From positions 12,308-76,307 of IMG/VR virus record IMGVR_UViG_3300020050_005097: DNA of 64,000 bases. The stretch is one strand, 5' to 3'. Each line of letters begins with the position of its first letter. Within the stretch, counting starts at the first letter, position 1. Under the pieces are notes generated by a model, which worked only from the letters and a program-made list of their open reading frames with translations, was not told the DNA's origin and made no database searches. Shown here one piece after another: positions 61,661-64,000 of this stretch. This stretch comes from a virus (taxonomy: Duplodnaviria > Caudoviricetes). The translations under genes were made by a program, and so were the position numbers.

Positions 61661-62428
61661 TTAGGCAATTGCCGCTGCGTACAAAGTATAAATTTCTCCA
61701 GAAGTTAACACTCTGTCCCAAGCGGATAAATGCCCTAACGTACCATCAAAATTATCTAAAGCGCTATACCCACGACCATATTGCAGAATTCCGCCGTAGT
61801 TTTGATGCGCTGAGACAGTCCCTCCACCGTCAGGTGTGCCATCTGTGTAAAGAACCACCGCACGAGTAGAAGAATCATACGTCATGGCGATCATATGCCA
61901 ACTACCATCGTTCACAACGTCGGTACCAGAAAACGACTGCCAAGTAGAGTTGTTGAACCTACGGTAATTGACTTTACCGTCAGTAATACCAAAAGAGTCC
62001 CACGTTTCAGCGTGACTATCACCCATGACGGTTAACGAAGCGTCACCTTCATACGTAGAGGTGTTCTTGGTGGATGTTAGTTTAACAAACGCCAGTCGAG
62101 TTTGGTTTCCAGAAAGAGCCACTCTAGAGGTTTGAAATCTTCCGCCAGAAAGACCCAACGCCGTGTATCCCGAAACCGGACCTGGTGCACCCCATGAATA
62201 AGGCGCATCAAGAACAGCCGCAAGACCGTTTCCAGAAGAATCTACAGGATTACTATCGCCAGTTTGATTTAAAATGAAATAGAAAAGTGGTGTAGATAAC
62301 GCAACTTCTTCCCCATATAGATCATTCAAACCACTACCGATACCCAATCGGTTGACAATAGTTAACCCATGGTCGGTTTCAAAAGAAGTGTTTTCTCTAT
62401 AAAGAGTTACTTTTTTAGGCATTACCAA
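61661..62428 (-). CDS. LamG/concanavalin A-like lectin virion protein
   Basis: DGSWHMIAMTYD...VVLYTDG...FDGTLGHLSAWDRVLT. Confidence 0.75.
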   Translation of the reverse strand: MVMPKKVTLYRENTSFETDHGLTIVNRLGIGSGLNDLYGEEVALSTPLFYFILNQTGDSNPVDSSGNGLAAVLDAPYSWGAPGPVSGYTALGLSGGRFQTSRVALSGNQTRLAFVKLTSTKNTSTYEGDASLTVMGDSHAETWDSFGITDGKVNYRRFNNSTWQSFSGTDVVNDGSWHMIAMTYDSSTRAVVLYTDGTPDGGGTVSAHQNYGGILQYGRGYSALDNFDGTLGHLSAWDRVLTSGEIYTLYAAAIA

Positions 62429-62802
62429 GCCTCTACGTTGTAGATTGGGGTCCCTTCAGAAATCAATTTGACGTTAATAACCGAAGGTGTTTCTGGATCA
62501 CAAATCCATTGATCGGTGGACGCTCCGTTAAGACGATAGGTATCTTCTCCGCCAACGGTTGGCGTTAAGATAGCGTTGCTATCGTAAGACACCGTATAGT
62601 AAATAACAGCAGACGCGTCGTTGTTTACAATACGAAACCCTCGATAGGGGGGCTTAACCAAACCTAATTCGTTTCGAATATAGGGGGATCGGTCAATATG
62701 CAGCGGGTTTTCTCCAGCCGCTCTGTCGAGAGTAACCGTATCAACGGTAGACGCGACTAAAGTGACGTTTCCAGTGGTATTTTTAACATCGATAGCGGTC
62801 AT
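62422..62802 (-). CDS. hypothetical virion protein
   Basis: beta-rich ORF. Confidence 0.6.
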   Translation of the reverse strand: MTAIDVKNTTGNVTLVASTVDTVTLDRAAGENPLHIDRSPYIRNELGLVKPPYRGFRIVNNDASAVIYYTVSYDSNAILTPTVGGEDTYRLNGASTDQWICDPETPSVINVKLISEGTPIYNVEAW

Positions 62803-62816
62803 GAACTTCTTCTTTC

Positions 62817-63242
62817 TTAGGTCATCGAGAAGGTTAAACGCTGCTCTCCCCAAGCGACCATGATCCTATCGAAAGCCAACTGTGAGGGAGGAACCCCATC
62901 GCCAGAAGGATATGGACCGATCGTGGCGTGCGGCTTGTATTCAGGAAATTCGCTCAGGTCCCACTGCTTCAGAAAGTTTCGCATGGCCATGAGATCTGGT
63001 GTCGGTCGAAGCATCAGTGCAGAAACGGGTTCCTCAGGGGGGCCCAGTTTTTCAACACCAAACACACTAAGCCCGAATGGGCGTGAAATTAAGGCAAGAT
63101 CTGATGCGTCCTTAGCCATGATATTGAAATCGGTTGGCTTGTGGTCACTTACCAACCCCGAAAAGACCAGAGTCACATGCGGAAGATCCTGCTTGCACCA
63201 ATCGGTTGTGATTGGAAGTAACGCAATCATAACACTATCCAT
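62817..63242 (-). CDS. 2H phosphoesterase (LigT/Acb1-like fold)
   Basis: two HxT motifs: PHVTL and PHATI. Confidence 0.75.
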   Translation of the reverse strand: MDSVMIALLPITTDWCKQDLPHVTLVFSGLVSDHKPTDFNIMAKDASDLALISRPFGLSVFGVEKLGPPEEPVSALMLRPTPDLMAMRNFLKQWDLSEFPEYKPHATIGPYPSGDGVPPSQLAFDRIMVAWGEQRLTFSMT

Positions 63243-63250
63243 TATGACTC

Positions 63251-63709
63251 CTATTGTTTGGTCAGAGATTGTAATTCTTCTAACGCCGCTTTGTGTCCAC
63301 CTTCAATTCGAATTTGTTCAACGGTTAAGTTGATAACTTCGTCATCGTCCAAACCATCGTATAATTCGATTAATGCGGAGAGAGACGCGTGTTTTGTTTC
63401 CATTTGGCTAATGAAAATCGTGAGCCATTCGATTCGGCGTTCTTTTATTGAAGCTTCGTTTGGGATTGTGCCAAGTTTAAAGACAATTCGTTTGATCAAT
63501 AATTCCGCGTTGTATTCTGTTTCTTGATACGACCTAATCTCTGCCGTAAGTTTTGGGTCCTCATTAGTGCCACAAAAGTTTCTAAGATCTGCACAAAACT
63601 CTAACTGGGCTTTATCGATGCCACAATTCGACTTTTCATGTAGTGTTTCTTCAAACTTTTTGGCGAGAACAACGTTAACTCCATCGGCAGGATCTGTGGT
63701 GTATTCCAT
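63251..63709 (-). CDS. hypothetical protein
   Basis: GGGAG SD; 152 aa. Confidence 0.65.
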   Translation of the reverse strand: MEYTTDPADGVNVVLAKKFEETLHEKSNCGIDKAQLEFCADLRNFCGTNEDPKLTAEIRSYQETEYNAELLIKRIVFKLGTIPNEASIKERRIEWLTIFISQMETKHASLSALIELYDGLDDDEVINLTVEQIRIEGGHKAALEELQSLTKQ

Positions 63710-63727
63710 AAAAAGCTCCCTATTTAA

Positions 63728-64000
63728 TTACTGAAGTAAACCAAAATTTCGAAGAGCCTTGACCACTTTACCCACGGTGTATCCATCATACGTCGCGGTA
63801 TCATTAGCAATACCGGAAGTATTAGCAGCAAAAGTTGCTGCCGTAATAGATGTGGTCGGCTGAACGATGGGGGTGGTGTTCCAAAGGCCAATTTTTTGTG
63901 TATTGGCCGTTCCAATTTTAGTGCCAGTGGTTGTTCCAGCAATAATATTGGACGCATCGGCAAGCGTCAAACTTCCAGTCAAACTAAGAGATGCGGTCTT
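63728..64000 (-). CDS. partial tail-fibre-like protein (5' end outside window)
   Basis: open frame to window edge; Thr/Gly/Ala-rich. Confidence 0.6.
   Translation of the reverse strand, partial: KTASLSLTGSLTLADASNIIAGTTTGTKIGTANTQKIGLWNTTPIVQPTTSITAATFAANTSGIANDTATYDGYTVGKVVKALRNFGLLQ

Noticed and set aside
1-64000. Apparent absence of integrase, repressor, SF2 helicase and Holliday-junction nuclease
   Set aside because: The window is open at both ends, so absence from the genome cannot be concluded.

Overview
Most of the genome of a tailed dsDNA phage (long-tailed siphovirus, probably virulent and infecting an actinobacterium). Its architecture resembles the ReqiPepy6/Poco6-like actinophage assemblage: a fused SF3 helicase-primase-family B polymerase, a prohead protease-major capsid fusion, two major-tail paralogs, a Gp37-like minor tail protein and HHGVxGMKWG proteins. 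Essentially all real genes are on the minus strand. Read in that direction: packaging/head/tail genes (64.0-41.8 kb), membrane/lysis genes (41.8-40.3 kb), an AT-rich palindromic junction, early and replication genes (39.9-26.7 kb), about 70 small accessory genes with tRNA-Lys(UUU) and tRNA-Leu(UAA), an amidase endolysin (3.7-2.8 kb), and an array of ten promoter-gene-terminator mini-cassettes (2.75 kb to window edge). The least explained features are non-coding: (i) a ~950-nt ORF-less, extensively base-paired region at 17.6-18.55 kb, in a locus with two paralogous winged-helix genes and further structured RNAs, where one stem shows a compensatory change between copies; (ii) 20 copies of an indel-free 25-bp promoter-like motif; (iii) a 19-nt start-associated motif; (iv) two sequence-conserved terminator families shared between distant cassette islands. 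Several micro-protein families with shared N- or C-terminal modules were also found by hand translation. Coordinates of ORFs below 60 aa, refined starts and repeats were counted by eye. Family assignments come from motif recognition, not database searches.
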